A stretch of DNA of 63,325 nucleotides, counting the filler, from Reticulomyxa filosa (Eukaryota; Protista; Foraminifera), in assembly GCA_000512085.1 (NCBI GenBank). It is 24 parts of 24 records of this genome, joined end to end, with 100 filler letters (N's around TTAATTAATTAA, not from the genome) between each part and the next. Parts side by side here need not be neighbours in the genome. Positions count along the whole stretch, not along the records: positions 51,012 to 55,885 come from ASPP01001932.1; positions 55,986 to 57,215 come from ASPP01003574.1; positions 57,316 to 59,984 come from ASPP01019191.1; positions 60,085 to 61,713 come from ASPP01009776.1; positions 61,814 to 63,325 come from ASPP01000675.1; 19 more parts are not named here. One strand, written 5' to 3'. The notes beneath the pieces are model-generated. The model was given only the letters and a program-made list of their open reading frames with translations. It did no database searches and was not told the origin of the DNA. The stretch's first letter is position 1; each line of letters starts with the position of its first letter. The translations under genes and the position numbers were made by a program. Shown piece after piece: positions 51,012 to 63,325 of this stretch.

Positions 51012-51487
51012 CATGGGATAAAACCATTCGAATATGGGATATTGAAACAACCAAACAATTCAATGAATTCAAAGGACATGCAAATAGTGTGATGAGGGTA
51101 AAATATGGACCAAATGGATTAGTGAATACCATATTATCTGGATCTGCAGATAAAAGTGTTCGTTTATGGGATATTCGATCTGGTAAACAAACTCAAGTGT
51201 TTAATGGGCATACAAGTTGGGTGTATGCTGTTGAATATTCACCACTTGTAATAAAGAATATGATTGGTAATTCAAATGTGATATGCTCTGCATCAACTGA
51301 TGATACAATTCGTTTTTGGGATATTCGATCAAATAAGAATGAATTATATGTGATTGAAGGAGATAATTATGGAATAACTTGTCTTAAATTTATTGCATTG
51401 AAAAAGAAAGAGAATACAAAGAATATTACATATGATTTTAATTTATGTTATGGTTCACGCAATGGTTTCATTCGTGTTTGGGGATAA
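51012..51487 (+). CDS. WD40-repeat protein, 3' part (multicopy host family)
   Basis: WDKTIRIWD, FKGH, SGSADKSVRLWDIRSG, FNGH, DDTIRFWDIRSNKNELY..LCYGS..IRVWG*; intronless. Confidence 0.95.
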
Positions 51488-52401
51488 TTGACTTTATGTC
51501 GAATAAGAAGTACAGTTTTTTTGATCAGCAAATGTACTTTGTATTAAATATAATTATATCAGGGACTGTCAATTGCTCACCAGATCGAACTTGTTGTTTG
51601 TTTAATCATTCTTAAAAATAATGTTTTGTAAATTATTTTTTGATGTAATTTCTTTGTTGTCCTGATTGATATAATGGTTCATTTTTGAAATTTCTTCATT
51701 TTATTTCTTTTCTGATTTCAAACGTTTAATATCATTCTTATAATTACGATAAAACAAAGATTTCTTGTTGAATGTTTTGTTACATTGACTCGAATTCCCC
51801 GATTACCAATAAAAATGTTGTTTTAAGCAAAGAAACAGTGCATTCACATAATCTAAAAACAGGATTTCTGAAAAGAAGTGACAATCAATATACTTTTTGT
51901 TTGTGTTAACAAAGCAATTGATGAAATGTATACAAATTGTAATGATGATAGAATATCATGGATGCTGTTTGTACAATTCTGAAATATTTAAAGTGAATGT
52001 ATCTGACTGCAATCAATTTACAAACAAAATGCTCTATGAAAGAGAAATAGTCAAATATTTTATGTGAATTCGTTATATAGAAAAATTTATGTTTGTCTTA
52101 ATTCATACATAACTCTCAATCAATTTGTGTAGTAAGATGCTTCCAATTCGAGTGATAGCAAATAAGTAAAAATGAATGTACAAGTGTATTATGTGATAAT
52201 TCTCGGTCAGAAAGAAAGAGTGAATTTTAAACCAAAAATCAATTCAAACTCCAATTACAACTTTTGTAGTGACACACACAAAAATTGTCGATAAATGAGT
52301 GTGACACGCATGCAAAACAAAATCATTCGGGCAGCTCAATTTAAAATGATGTGTGCAAAAAGAAAATAAATTATTTAAGACAAAAACAACTCTTTACAAC
52401 A

Positions 52402-53172
52402 TCAAGCAAAGGCAGCATCAATGATTTCCGTTTGTTCTTTTTTATCGACTTGGGGATATCCTGTCGCAGGAGCCGCACCCGATTTTCTGGAAATTAATCG
52501 CTGTTAATGTTTTATTTTTTATTTCATATGTTATTTTATTTTGAATTGTTTTCATTTGTATATTTACAAGTTCGATCGATATCAAACTTGTTGTGATAAA
52601 GTTGAAGTATCGCTTAACTAGAGCTTTCTTGGTGATGCCCTTTGAAGCAGTGTTAAATCGGGGGGCCACGTAACTCCAAGCGCCCATATTTTTAGGTTCC
52701 TCTTGCACCCACGCCAATTCGGCCTAAACATTGTTATTGAAGTTTAAGTCACTTTTTTTTTTAAAAAAAAAAAAAAAGGGGGAAAAAAAAAGAAAAAAAA
52801 AATTCTTTGGTGATGATATAAAAAAACATACATTGGGGTATTTTTTCAATTGTTGTTGGACCAAGTCATAAGGGAATGGAGCAATTTGTTCCAATCGCAC
52901 AAAGACGACATCGTTCAGTTTGGTGGGGTCTTTTGCGGAGATCTTTATGCGGTGGTCCATCAAATGGATCCATATTTTGCCGCTGCAAAACAGCACGCGC
53001 CGGACTTTGTCGTCTTTGGCCAAGCCTTGGGGCAGCCCATGTCCATCATCAGGGATGGCACGTTGGAATTTGCTATTGCCGCAAAACTCACTTAATTTGC
53101 TGGAGGCAATGGGATGGCGAAGGCCAAACTTGGGTGTAAAGACTATCAATGGTTTGCGAAAATCGCGATGTA

Positions 53173-53211
<39 letters not shown>

Positions 53212-54347
53212 GCGCATATATATAACCTTGAATAAAAAGTAAAAAGAAATAAAACTTACCTGTCTTCGCAAGACATGAAAGAAATTGGCAGGCGTGGTGC
53301 AATTGACGATTTGCCAGTTAATGGATTGGAGTTGTTCCAAATAGTTGAGAGAGAGTTCGTCGGCGTCGTCGTTGCAGGACTGAAGGAAGCGCTCCATGCG
53401 TGCGCTGGAGTGTTCGGGACCGCCCGACTCGTAGCCGTGCGGAAGCAGACAGACGAGCCCGGACGAGCGCAGCCACTTAGACTCAGCGCTGGATATGAAT
53501 TGGTCAAACACTACCTGCGCGCCGTTGGCAAAGTCTCCAAACTGTGCTTCCCAAAGTACCAGTGCGTTGGGATGCTCCGTCGAGTATCCGTACTCGAAGC
53601 CCAGCACCGCCAACTCACTCAAGTTACTGTTCGACACATGGAACTCGCCCGTCGCGCCAGGGATGTGACACAGTGGTCGGTACTGCGGTCTTTCCTGTGC
53701 GCTCACATTCTGCTGCTCGTGGATCACCGCATGTCTGTGTGAAAATGTCCCTCTCTCTGTGTCTTGTCCGGACAATCGTACGTGATATCCCTCCAATAGT
53801 AACGAGCCAAATGCTAAGGCTTCACCTGTGCCCCTGGGATGTATTTATATTTTTTCATTATATACATATACATATATGTACACATATGTATGTATATGTA
53901 CAGATTATTTGTACATATATTTATATTTATATATGTATACATATGTATATGTAGATATAATATTACCAGTCAATGCCATCTCCTTCTTCGATGGATTGCT
54001 TCTTTTTTTCCAAGATTTTTTTCAGATTGCGATGGACAGTAAAGCCCTCCGGGAGAGCGGTTAAAGCGATGCCAACTTTTTTGCGGTTTCTTGAGTGATA
54101 GCAGTGCTATGTTCGGTGGCGTCCAAATGGTGGCCCGACATTTTTTGCCAGTTTTGACCCAGCCAATCCGGAACCCCTTCTTTGTAACTTACCGACTTTT
54201 CGTACGCGTCGTTCAGTATGCCGACGATGCGATCTTCCATTCCTTTGATCTCTTCCGTCGTCACAACTTTGTCAGATATTAATTTTTCTTGTATCGTTCC
54301 TTTTTTTTTTTAATATGATATTGTTTTCCACAAAGTATATATACACA

Positions 54348-54378
<31 letters not shown>

Positions 54379-55885
54379 TATATATTTATTTATTTTTTAA
54401 AAAAATGTTACCAGGACAGTGTCGTTGGTTTTGATTTTTTCATCGATGATACGATACATGAATGGCTGCGTGAAGGCGGGCTCGTCTCCTTCGTTGTGAC
54501 CGTACCTTCGGAAGCACAGCATGTCGACGACGGCGTCGGTTTTGAAAGTCTGGCGATAGCGCACGGCCATTTTGGCACAGCGGACGACGGCCTCAGCGTC
54601 GTCGCCGTTGACGTGGAAAATGGGGGAGGCAATGGACCTGGCCACATCCGTGCAATACGGAGAGCTTCTCGCCGCATACGAATCGGTGGTGAAGCCAATC
54701 TGGTTATTTACTATCAAATGGATCACTCCGCCTGTGGAGTAGTCGGGCAGTTCTGTCAAAGCCATTGATTCGTATACACTTCCTTGTCCTGCAAAGGCCG
54801 CATCGCCATGTAATAATATGCTATATATATATATATACATGTATATATGTATATATGTATATAATGTGTGCTTTAAATTAAATTAAAATACAAACAACAA
54901 ACACAATAATCCTTACAAAAATATATCGTATTTACCAACAAGTCTTGGTTCGATCCGAATCTTTTTTGTAAAATTGCTTGGCTCGTGTTTTGCCCATGCA
55001 AATAGGGTTGACTGCTTCGAGATGTGACGGATTGGGGACCAGCGACAAATGCACTTTGATTTCGTCCGGCGTGAAACGGTCGGTGGAGTAACCCAAGTGA
55101 TATTTCACGTCGCCCGAGTCTTCGATTTGATCCCAAGGCAGGGCGAGGCCGCGGAACTCGTACAAAATGCGCTCCAAAGGCTTGCGCATTACCGAGCAAA
55201 GCGTCAGCAGTCGCCCTCGATGAGGCATGCCAATCACAAAGTCTGTTATCCCCAGTCGAGCTCCTTCGTCGATTACCTCTTTCACCAAAGGCACCATCGA
55301 CTCTGCCCCAATCACTCCAAATCGTTTTTGAGCGGGATATTTTATATCTAAGAATTTCTGCATTCAATAACAACAACAACAACAACAACAATGGCAACTC
55401 CAATTTCAATACAACATAAGATTTATTTACAAAAAAAAAAAAAATCAAAAAAAAAAAAAAACCAACTTCAAATTCGGTGGCCCAAATCAATCGATCGAGT
55501 ATTCTGAGTTGTTCTTCCTTTCCAAAGTGACGAGTTCCTCTCTCAATCATTGCCCTCAAATAGTTGTTCTTTTGGCTGTTTGCAATATGCATGTACCTAC
55601 ACAAACACAACCGAATAAGTTTAGGAAACTGTTTACATAAATATATATATATATACATATATATATATTTATGTAAATGTGTTTAAAGCATTGCAAAACT
55701 GATAGCCAACCGTCCCGCAATAGACTTCTTGCAATCGCTTGACAACCTCTCGGATGGTGACCCATCCGTCGGTGTTGCCCATCAAAGACAAGAATTGTGT
55801 GTGTTCCCCAACATAGATCTTGCGATCAATGTCTTTTCAGTAAACCCCCAATACTCGATATCTATTTTTGTTTCGAAAAGATGTT
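52402..55885 (-). CDS. OGDH: 2-oxoglutarate dehydrogenase E1, multi-exon, 5'-partial
   Basis: [113 protein letters not shown]. Confidence 0.98.
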
Positions 55886-56133
55886 NNNNNNNNNNNNNNN
55901 NNNNNNNNNNNNNNNNNNNNNNNNNNNNNTTAATTAATTAANNNNNNNNNNNNNNNNNNNNNNNNNNNNNNNNNNNNNNNNNNNNTCCCTTTCACAGAAC
56001 AATTTTTTAAGATACTTATAGCAAAAAGAGAAAACATTGCCTTAATGCAAATGAAGCCATCAAAATGAAAACACGGAGTGGATTCAATACAAAAACAGAG
56101 TGAACTGTTTTAAAAACAAAAAAAAGGATTGCA

Positions 56134-56520
56134 TCAAATGTTATTATTAACTTCTATAAGATCACCTATTTTAATTTTTTCTCGTATTGTACGATTAACA
56201 ATAATACAACCCTCTGACGCAGTGTGATTTAAAGCCTTATTATCTCCATGGATTCTAAAATTATCTCGTCCATGATTGTCATTCACATTCACTTCAGCCA
56301 ATACAAGAGTCAAAGGGCCCTTACTTGATGTAATGGCTGTAACTTTCCAAGTACCAACAGGAATCGGTCCTTGATTTTTCAAATTCTGCGATTTTTCATT
56401 ATTGTAATTAGTACTATTTCCTGAGTAAGCGTTGTTATCCACGTTCTTGCTGCTCCCGTCCAAACAAAATTTTCCAACTTTCGACTTGTACGAAAATGTG
56501 TGTGTGGTTTGATGTGCCAT
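56134..56520 (-). CDS. Tlde1/DUF2778 domain protein (L,D-transpeptidase-like fold)
   Basis: 128-aa intact ORF with AYSG, N...Q...QGPIPVGTW, GP..L.L, GRDNFRIHGDN and ASEGCII, including the catalytic His and Cys. Confidence 0.88.
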   Translation of the reverse strand: MAHQTTHTFSYKSKVGKFCLDGSSKNVDNNAYSGNSTNYNNEKSQNLKNQGPIPVGTWKVTAITSSKGPLTLVLAEVNVNDNHGRDNFRIHGDNKALNHTASEGCIIVNRTIREKIKIGDLIEVNNNI

Positions 56521-56797
56521 TTCTACGTAGAATGAAGCTCTTTGTAAAAAAACAAAAGTATTGTAATTGAAATGATAGAAGCAAAAAAACTAGAGACAAA
56601 CAGAACTAATTTGAAGATTTAGATTTAGTTTTGCCAGGATCTGTTTTAATGCAAAAAATTGAAATATTTGTTAAAAAGACAGAAAGTCTTTTTTTAAACA
56701 ATTTTCGATAACATATCAAATCTTGTGTACTTGATACATTGGAGTGATTTAATCATAAATAAATTTTAAGAAAAATAAGAAAGATCTGAGAGAAAAG

Positions 56798-57215
56798 ATG
56801 AGCAAAGGATAGGACGAGAAAACTCCAAAAGAGACACACTGGAATGACTACAGTGTCCTTTGAGCACTCATGTTTCGATAAAGACTGGATATTACAGCTG
56901 AGTCAAGCAGAGCAAATTGAACAGTTTATTTGTTAAATTTGCAAGCAAGTTGCCAACAATCTAATTGAAATAGATTGTTCGTAACATAAAGACATGGATA
57001 TATCACCTATTGTCGGTGATAATTTTCTGAAGCAGTTCTTGAATGTCAATCTTAATTCTTGTCCTGTTCAGCCTCATGATGGTCGTATATATGCACAAAC
57101 CAAAATTGCACATCGATATATTGATAATCTGAAAGTGACATGTCCACTACAATTTCAATTGGACTCATCAGATATCTACTCAATAAAAACAACAAATATG
57201 AGACTGTAATTAAAT
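56798..57215 (+). pseudogene. RING/TRAF-type zinc-finger family pseudogene (multicopy host family)
   Basis: SCFDKDWILQL..FIC*ICKQVANNLIEIDCS*HKDMD..IVGDNFLKQFL..NSCPVQPHD..LKVTCPLQFQ, with in-frame stops and a frameshift. Confidence 0.8.
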
Positions 57216-57315
57216 NNNNNNNNNNNNNNNNNNNNNNNNNNNNNNNNNNNNNNNNNNNNTTAATTAATTAANNNNNNNNNNNNNNNNNNNNNNNNNNNNN
57301 NNNNNNNNNNNNNNN

Positions 57316-59984
57316 ACTACCCCTTTTTTAGAAACACTTTATTGACATTTTCAGAATAACTCGAATGAAATCATTTATATAACTAATTTTATAATCTTTT
57401 TTAATATTATTATTGTAAAATTAGTTGACTTAAAAAAATATATCAACTCTTAAAAATGTGTATTGAATGTGCATCTTTTTGAACTTGTACTTATTTATTT
57501 AAAATAAATAGATTATATATTTAGTAAAGAAGTCAAATGATGAGTTATATCTATTTATATTTACACTCGAACAATTTCATCGAAGAAAGGAAATAAAGCA
57601 AATTTATTTCAAATGGATTTTATTCATTTGTAATTTGAAAAGATATTTGCACATAAACAATATTGTCAGCATAATATTGTTGTATTGATTACATCAATTA
57701 GATAGCCATAAGTCTTTTTCTGTTATTTAAGTACAAATTGAAATTTCGCACATATTTGAATTGTGCAAAAATTTTTATTAAGTACAATGATAATACCTTC
57801 GAAAATAAGTGCATGAATAACACTTTTTTTTACGAAAGTAAGAAATCTATTAAATATTTAAACAATATATTGAAGATGTTCATGACAGAATATGTTAAAT
57901 AAAGAATTTATTAAGGCAAATATAATTCACCAAAGTTATTGCTGATTTTTATGTCGTACTTGGGTTAAAACTTAGAAGATATGCTGTGATTTTGATATGA
58001 AAGAATAACCAAGTCTGCATGTATACTGTCTAACGAGACATGTTTTCTAAAAAATAAGTTAAAAAAACAAATATTCTTCTTCTTCTGTTGCATTCCTCTG
58101 TAAAGTGTGCAAGAACATGATATTCAAATACAAAAATTGGTGTATCTATGTCACAAACTTTTGCAAATCTCTAAATCTCTTTCGTATAGTCATTATAGCA
58201 ATCTCATGTTGTCCAGCACACAGTCTTTGTAGCGTATCTTCTACCTAACTCATCAACCTTCCACCATTATATCACATAAAAATTGATTTACTTATTGTTA
58301 CATATGTACATGGAAAAATTTAACAATGTGATGATCATCAAGTGTTTGAAAAAGTAAACAAACTTAAAACGAGAGTCTTATTCTCTATTATTCCAAATAT
58401 GCTTTTCCAATAGTAAATATATGAACAGTATGATCTGTACTTAAAAAAAGTATATTTTTATGAGCATTCATTATACTTTGATTGTTATTCTTTTCTTCAT
58501 TAATGACAATATGGTAATTAGTTTTATTAAATACAAAGCTGTTGCATTCTTGATTATGAAACAACACCACCCAAACGAACTCTATATCCAACATTGTGAC
58601 TTCTCTTAGATTTAAACAAAATAATTGAATAGTATGATCTAAATTCTGAAAATCTTATAAAAAGTAAATAATGAACAAGTCAAGCTCTTGCACTCGCGTT
58701 TCACAATGTTTTAATTCCATCTGCTTAGTTTATTGTTGAAAAACTTGTGAGACATATTGAAATTGTACAAAAAATCCAGCTGACAAAAAAAACTCTACAA
58801 GCTTAAACAAAAACTCTAAAAAACTTTAAACAAGCCCCTTCAGCAAAAGTTTTCAACAGTTCAGAAGAAAAAATCACCATGGATGGTCAAATAGAAGCAA
58901 AAGAGGATCTTCTTGCACAAACTTCAAGTAGTAACGAAGAAAAAAACGACAACGGCAAAGCACAAAGTAAAAACGAACAATCAAACAAAAATTAATGCGA
59001 TAATATAATTTCAAAACAAATCATTCAATTGAACTGAAAAATTTTTGTGGTGGCAACTCTAGTTTTTTGTTTTATATTAGATATCAAAACAACTGTTTAT
59101 ACAAAAAAGTAAAAGAGATTTACATAATTTTAGTTGAAATAAACTATTTATAAAAAAAAAATCCGATTCACAAGCACAAAAGTATTGTATTACATGTTTG
59201 CAAGCAAAAAAAAAGTATGTTTATTAAAAATCATTATTTTCATTATAGCTTTCTAATGTCTTTGTCAATCTTGATTTCTACTCTAGCTGTTTTAATTTGA
59301 TTGCATGAAGTGATTCAAACATTCACAATGTTAGAGCATGTTGAGTACAATACAACAAACAGTTTCTTTAAGTGTATTGATTTACCTGCTTAAGAACCAA
59401 ATGCTTCATAACTTATCGTTAAATATTCAAGCGCATCCTTTTGTTGAGAAAATTCCGTTTTTCAAATAATTATTGATATAGAAATTAAAAAAATAAGAAA
59501 CTGCGTTACAACCTATTTCAGAAATTATGTCTTTGAGAAGTGATTATGAAGAAACTAAAGAATACTAAAAAGAAGATAAGCATAGCTTGCAAATCGTTTA
59601 GCTTTTATTTTACTTTTTAATCAAAGTCAGCTCTTTGAAATGATTACAAATTTGTGAAATAGTTGACTACTGTGTAGACTCAAAGAAGATGGTTGAATGA
59701 TTAAGTGAAGTATGAGAACTAGATTGAGAATAAAAATGATTGTAAATGAATAAGTAGTAAAAAAGAACGAATAAAACAAAATAATGTTAATTTTTATGAT
59801 TATATTTAACACTGATTGATATGGTGTTATAAAAAAATATTATTATTCATATCATAAACTCAGAAATGAGTACAAATTGGTATGTCTGCAACATAGTTTG
59901 CATTTACAATCACATTAGATTATTTTTTATTTTTTTTATGAATTTTACAATTTCAAAATAATAAAAGTTTTGTTGATACTGAGT
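57316..59984. pseudogene. AT-rich contig of decayed gene-family fragments
   Basis: Only short interrupted ORFs (e.g. MDGQIEAKEDLLAQTSSSNEEK.. near 58879); family not assignable by eye. Confidence 0.35.
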
Positions 59985-60084
59985 NNNNNNNNNNNNNNNN
60001 NNNNNNNNNNNNNNNNNNNNNNNNNNNNTTAATTAATTAANNNNNNNNNNNNNNNNNNNNNNNNNNNNNNNNNNNNNNNNNNNN

Positions 60085-61713
60085 GGCAATGATGCCGACC
60101 AGCTTGTCGCCATAGCCCACCAGCATCGCTGTCTTGCCGTTTTGCTCCAGGCTCTGCATGGCGTCATCAGCCACACCGGTGGCGATGCCCTGCTGGGCCA
60201 GTAGCCGCCGGTTGCCCAGCCATACCGGCAAGCCGTTGACCTGCCCGCGAATGCCCAGACCGGCAAGACCGGTGATGGCGCTGGCCTGCGGCAAACTCAG
60301 CTGCCGATGGGCGGCCTCCCGCACGATCGCCTCACCCAACGGATGCTCCGAACCGGATTCCACCGCCGCCGCCAGACTCAATACCTCCAGCTCGGTGTGC
60401 ACGTCAAAGGCACGATGTCGGTTACCGTCGGCTCGCCGCGCGTGAGGGTACCGGTCTTGTCGAAGCCACGCAGCTGAGTTTCTCCGCCCGCTCCAGCACC
60501 TCACCGCCGCGAATAAGCATGCCGCCGTCCGCCCCCTTGCCAACGCCCACCATCAGCGCCGCCGGGGTGGCGATGCCCAGAGCACACGGGCAGGAGATGA
60601 TCAGCACCGCGATGAAGGCCAGCAGCCCTTGCGGGAAATCGCCAGCCAGCCACCAGCCGACAAACGCCAGCACCGCCACGCTGATCACGGCCGGCACAAA
60701 GTAGCGGGTCACCTCGTCCGCCAGACGCTGGATGTGGGCGGTGCTGGTTTTGGGCTTCTTCCACCATGCGGATGATCTGTGCCAGCGCGGTATCCGCCCC
60801 GATACGGGTGGCGCGGAAGCTGAACACACCGGCCCGGTTCAAGGTACCGCCAATCACGGTGCTGCCGGGCTGTTTTTCTACTGGCATGGATTCGCCAGTC
60901 AGCATCGACTCATCCACCGTAGATTGGCCTGAAATGACTTCGCCGTCGGTCGCGATTTTTTCACCGGGCTTCACCACCACGGTTTCCCCAACCATGATGC
61001 TACCGGCCGGAATCTCCACCTCCTGACCATCGCGCCGTACATGGGCGGTGGCGGGTTTGAGGTCAAGCAACCGGCGCACGGCGGCGGAAGATTTCTTCTT
61101 GATGATTTCCTCCATGTAACGCCCCAGCAGTACAAAGGCGATGATCACGGCGGAGACTTCAAAGTACACGTCACGCTCGGCCACTTTGATCGGCAACACG
61201 TCTGGGAAGAACATCACCACCACGCTGTAGAAGTACGCCACTGAGGTACCCAGCGCGATCAGGAAGTCCATGTTGATATTGCGGGTGCGCAGCGCGTTCC
61301 AGGCGCCACGATAAAAGGTCCAGCCGCCAATGAACTGCACCGGGGTCACCAGCAGGAACAGCCACACCCCCCAGGTGAACCATGGCAGATTGGGAATCGG
61401 CGCCCAACTCAGCAGCGTGGCACCAGTCGCCAACCCGAGGAAGGCGGCGGCCCGCAGCACCGCCAGCGCCAGTACCCCGGTCATGGCGATGGTGACGCGG
61501 GTTTCATCGACTTCAGTCGTTTCCGGCGACTCGAAAGTGCGCAGGCAGGTCTCGCTGCAGAAGTAATAGCTGCGTCCGCCACGTTCGCTCTTCAGCGCGG
61601 TAGCCTTGTTGACCAGCATGCCGCAGATCGGGTCTTTGGCCTTTTCCCCAGGTTCGGTCTCCGCGCTTGCGGGGGCATCGTGCTGATGTTGAGGCCCGGG
61701 CGCCGGCGCCGCC
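60085..61713 (-). CDS. copA: Bacterial Cu+/Ag+ P1B-type ATPase with a YHS/TRASH domain, internal fragment, apparent frameshifts
   Basis: [70 protein letters not shown]; GC-rich and intronless. Confidence 0.92.
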
Positions 61714-63325
61714 NNNNNNNNNNNNNNNNNNNNNNNNNNNNNNNNNNNNNNNNNNNNTTAATTAATTAANNNNNNNNNNNNNNNNNNNNNNNNNNNNNNN
61801 NNNNNNNNNNNNNATATATATATATAGGTTGTCGAAAAATATTTATTAATGGGCCCACAATCAACGACCAAATTGAATCAAAGGCTACGAGAAAAAAGAG
61901 AGGAACATGAACGCTTCCATAAAGAAGAGTCCGGATATGGACATGGTCATGATCATGGCCATAAACACTCAAGTGATGAAAACAACAAACAACATGACGA
62001 AGTACACGGAGGATTTTTTTAAGACTTGATCTAACTTGTTGTGTGAGTCAGCCAAACTTGCATTGGTTGCAATTGTGATCAAGATTTTACTAACACTTTG
62101 ATAACAGCAAAGTTTAAACGATCATTATTTTTTATTTTACTACAATTGCAATTTTCTAAATTTATCTCTGGATGTTTTGGCAATAACTTTTTCTAGACAA
62201 TATCAAGTTTATTCATTTGAAATAAGGATAATCTTCATAAGAGGTCTCAAACTGTTTTGTAACCTTGTTCGTTATTTCCAATTGTACAAACATCACAAAT
62301 TAAAACAGAAATATGTATGCATTTGCAAGAATTTCATATGAGTATTTTTTTTTAACGTGAAGTCGTGCTAAAGAGGATCAAAAGTGCAAACACAGTTGTA
62401 GAAAAAATCATATCAAAAAGTTAAAGTTTTTCATAAAAAAAAAACAAAAAACACGATGATCTTTGTCAAAATCACTTAAAAAATTAGGCTTTTTTTTGTA
62501 TAACAAACCGTCATATTCAATCGCTCAACTAAAATGAAATATTAAAGCAAATTATTGTTAACATTCTAGCGTCATATTCAAGATTTCGCCTGAAAACAAG
62601 TTTGAATTAAAATGTTGATGAATTTTGTCTCATTTGTAAGCTTCTAACCATTAGAAGCTAATTTGTTAATCTGACTCTTAAAGAAAACAAGCTTTTACAG
62701 AAAATAGTTTGTTATTGGTAATGTTATCTATAATTATTGAAGGGAAATGTAAACAAACAATGCAAGGAGAAACAAATAATTGATTGTAGAAATGAAAATT
62801 ATTATCGTTTCTTTTCTTTAACATTTTCAATGGGCTAATACGTTGTTTTTTTTTCGCTTGTACCTTTTTTATTAGTTTGTTGCTAATTGTTATTTAAATT
62901 GGAAAAATAAGATTGTAGGGCAAGTCAATATTATGGTATCTGAACGTCAAGTGAACGGAGGAATCCCTAGTATGTTAAACTTCATCAACAAACCTAATAT
63001 TACTTTATTGCTTCTATTTACTTTTCTTTTGTTGTCTTGTTTTATTATTTCAATTTCTTTCGTTTTACGAAGTCAATATTTTCTTCTTAGTAAACACATA
63101 TCGTATTAAAGTTAGTGTACCACTACTATCAGCAAACTTCCCACAAGATGTTATTTAGCGCACTTTCATTATCTTTTGTATTAAACTTCAACTGAAATTG
63201 AAACTTCTACAATTTATACGTGATTATAATATTTTGTTTGATAGTTAATTTAAGCAGTCAATCAACATATTTACACAAAGCTTATACAGTAAGATAAAAA
63301 AGAAAGTTGACACCTAAAATGCCAC

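Noticed and set aside
1-63325. rRNA, tRNA or CRISPR arrays
   Set aside because: None recognisable by inspection; a covariance-model scan would be needed to exclude small RNAs.

Overview
This is not one continuous locus. It is 24 short contigs joined by 23 artificial 100-bp spacers (44 N + TTAATTAATTAA, a six-frame stop, + 44 N), so adjacency across spacers carries no meaning. Most contigs come from an AT-rich protist with short GT-AG introns, poly-A/T and (AAT)n tracts, and multicopy WD40 and RING/TRAF-type (pseudo)genes. That repertoire strongly resembles the foraminiferan Reticulomyxa filosa; this is recognition, not a database result. Recognisable host genes: G-alpha subunit, two sulfotransferases, aldo-keto reductase, BCH/CRAL-TRIO protein, P4-ATPase, amino-acid transporter, GIGYF-like, UBXN4-like, WDFY3/LvsA-like, SHIP-like inositol 5-phosphatase, PH-domain protein, RABL6, peroxisomal DHRS4-like SDR, an AIR9/SCAB-type Ig protein and 2-oxoglutarate dehydrogenase E1. 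Two GC-rich contigs (27528-29133, 60085-61713) are bacterial, probably co-sequenced, and carry homopolymer-type frameshifts. The standout is an intact, intronless, AT-rich gene for a bacterial-type Tlde1/DUF2778 L,D-transpeptidase-fold protein (56134-56520) on the same contig as a host-type pseudogene: a candidate horizontally acquired, domesticated peptidoglycan-attacking effector. A second theme is introns that lack a polypyrimidine tract and instead carry complementary T-run/A-run or palindromic arms.
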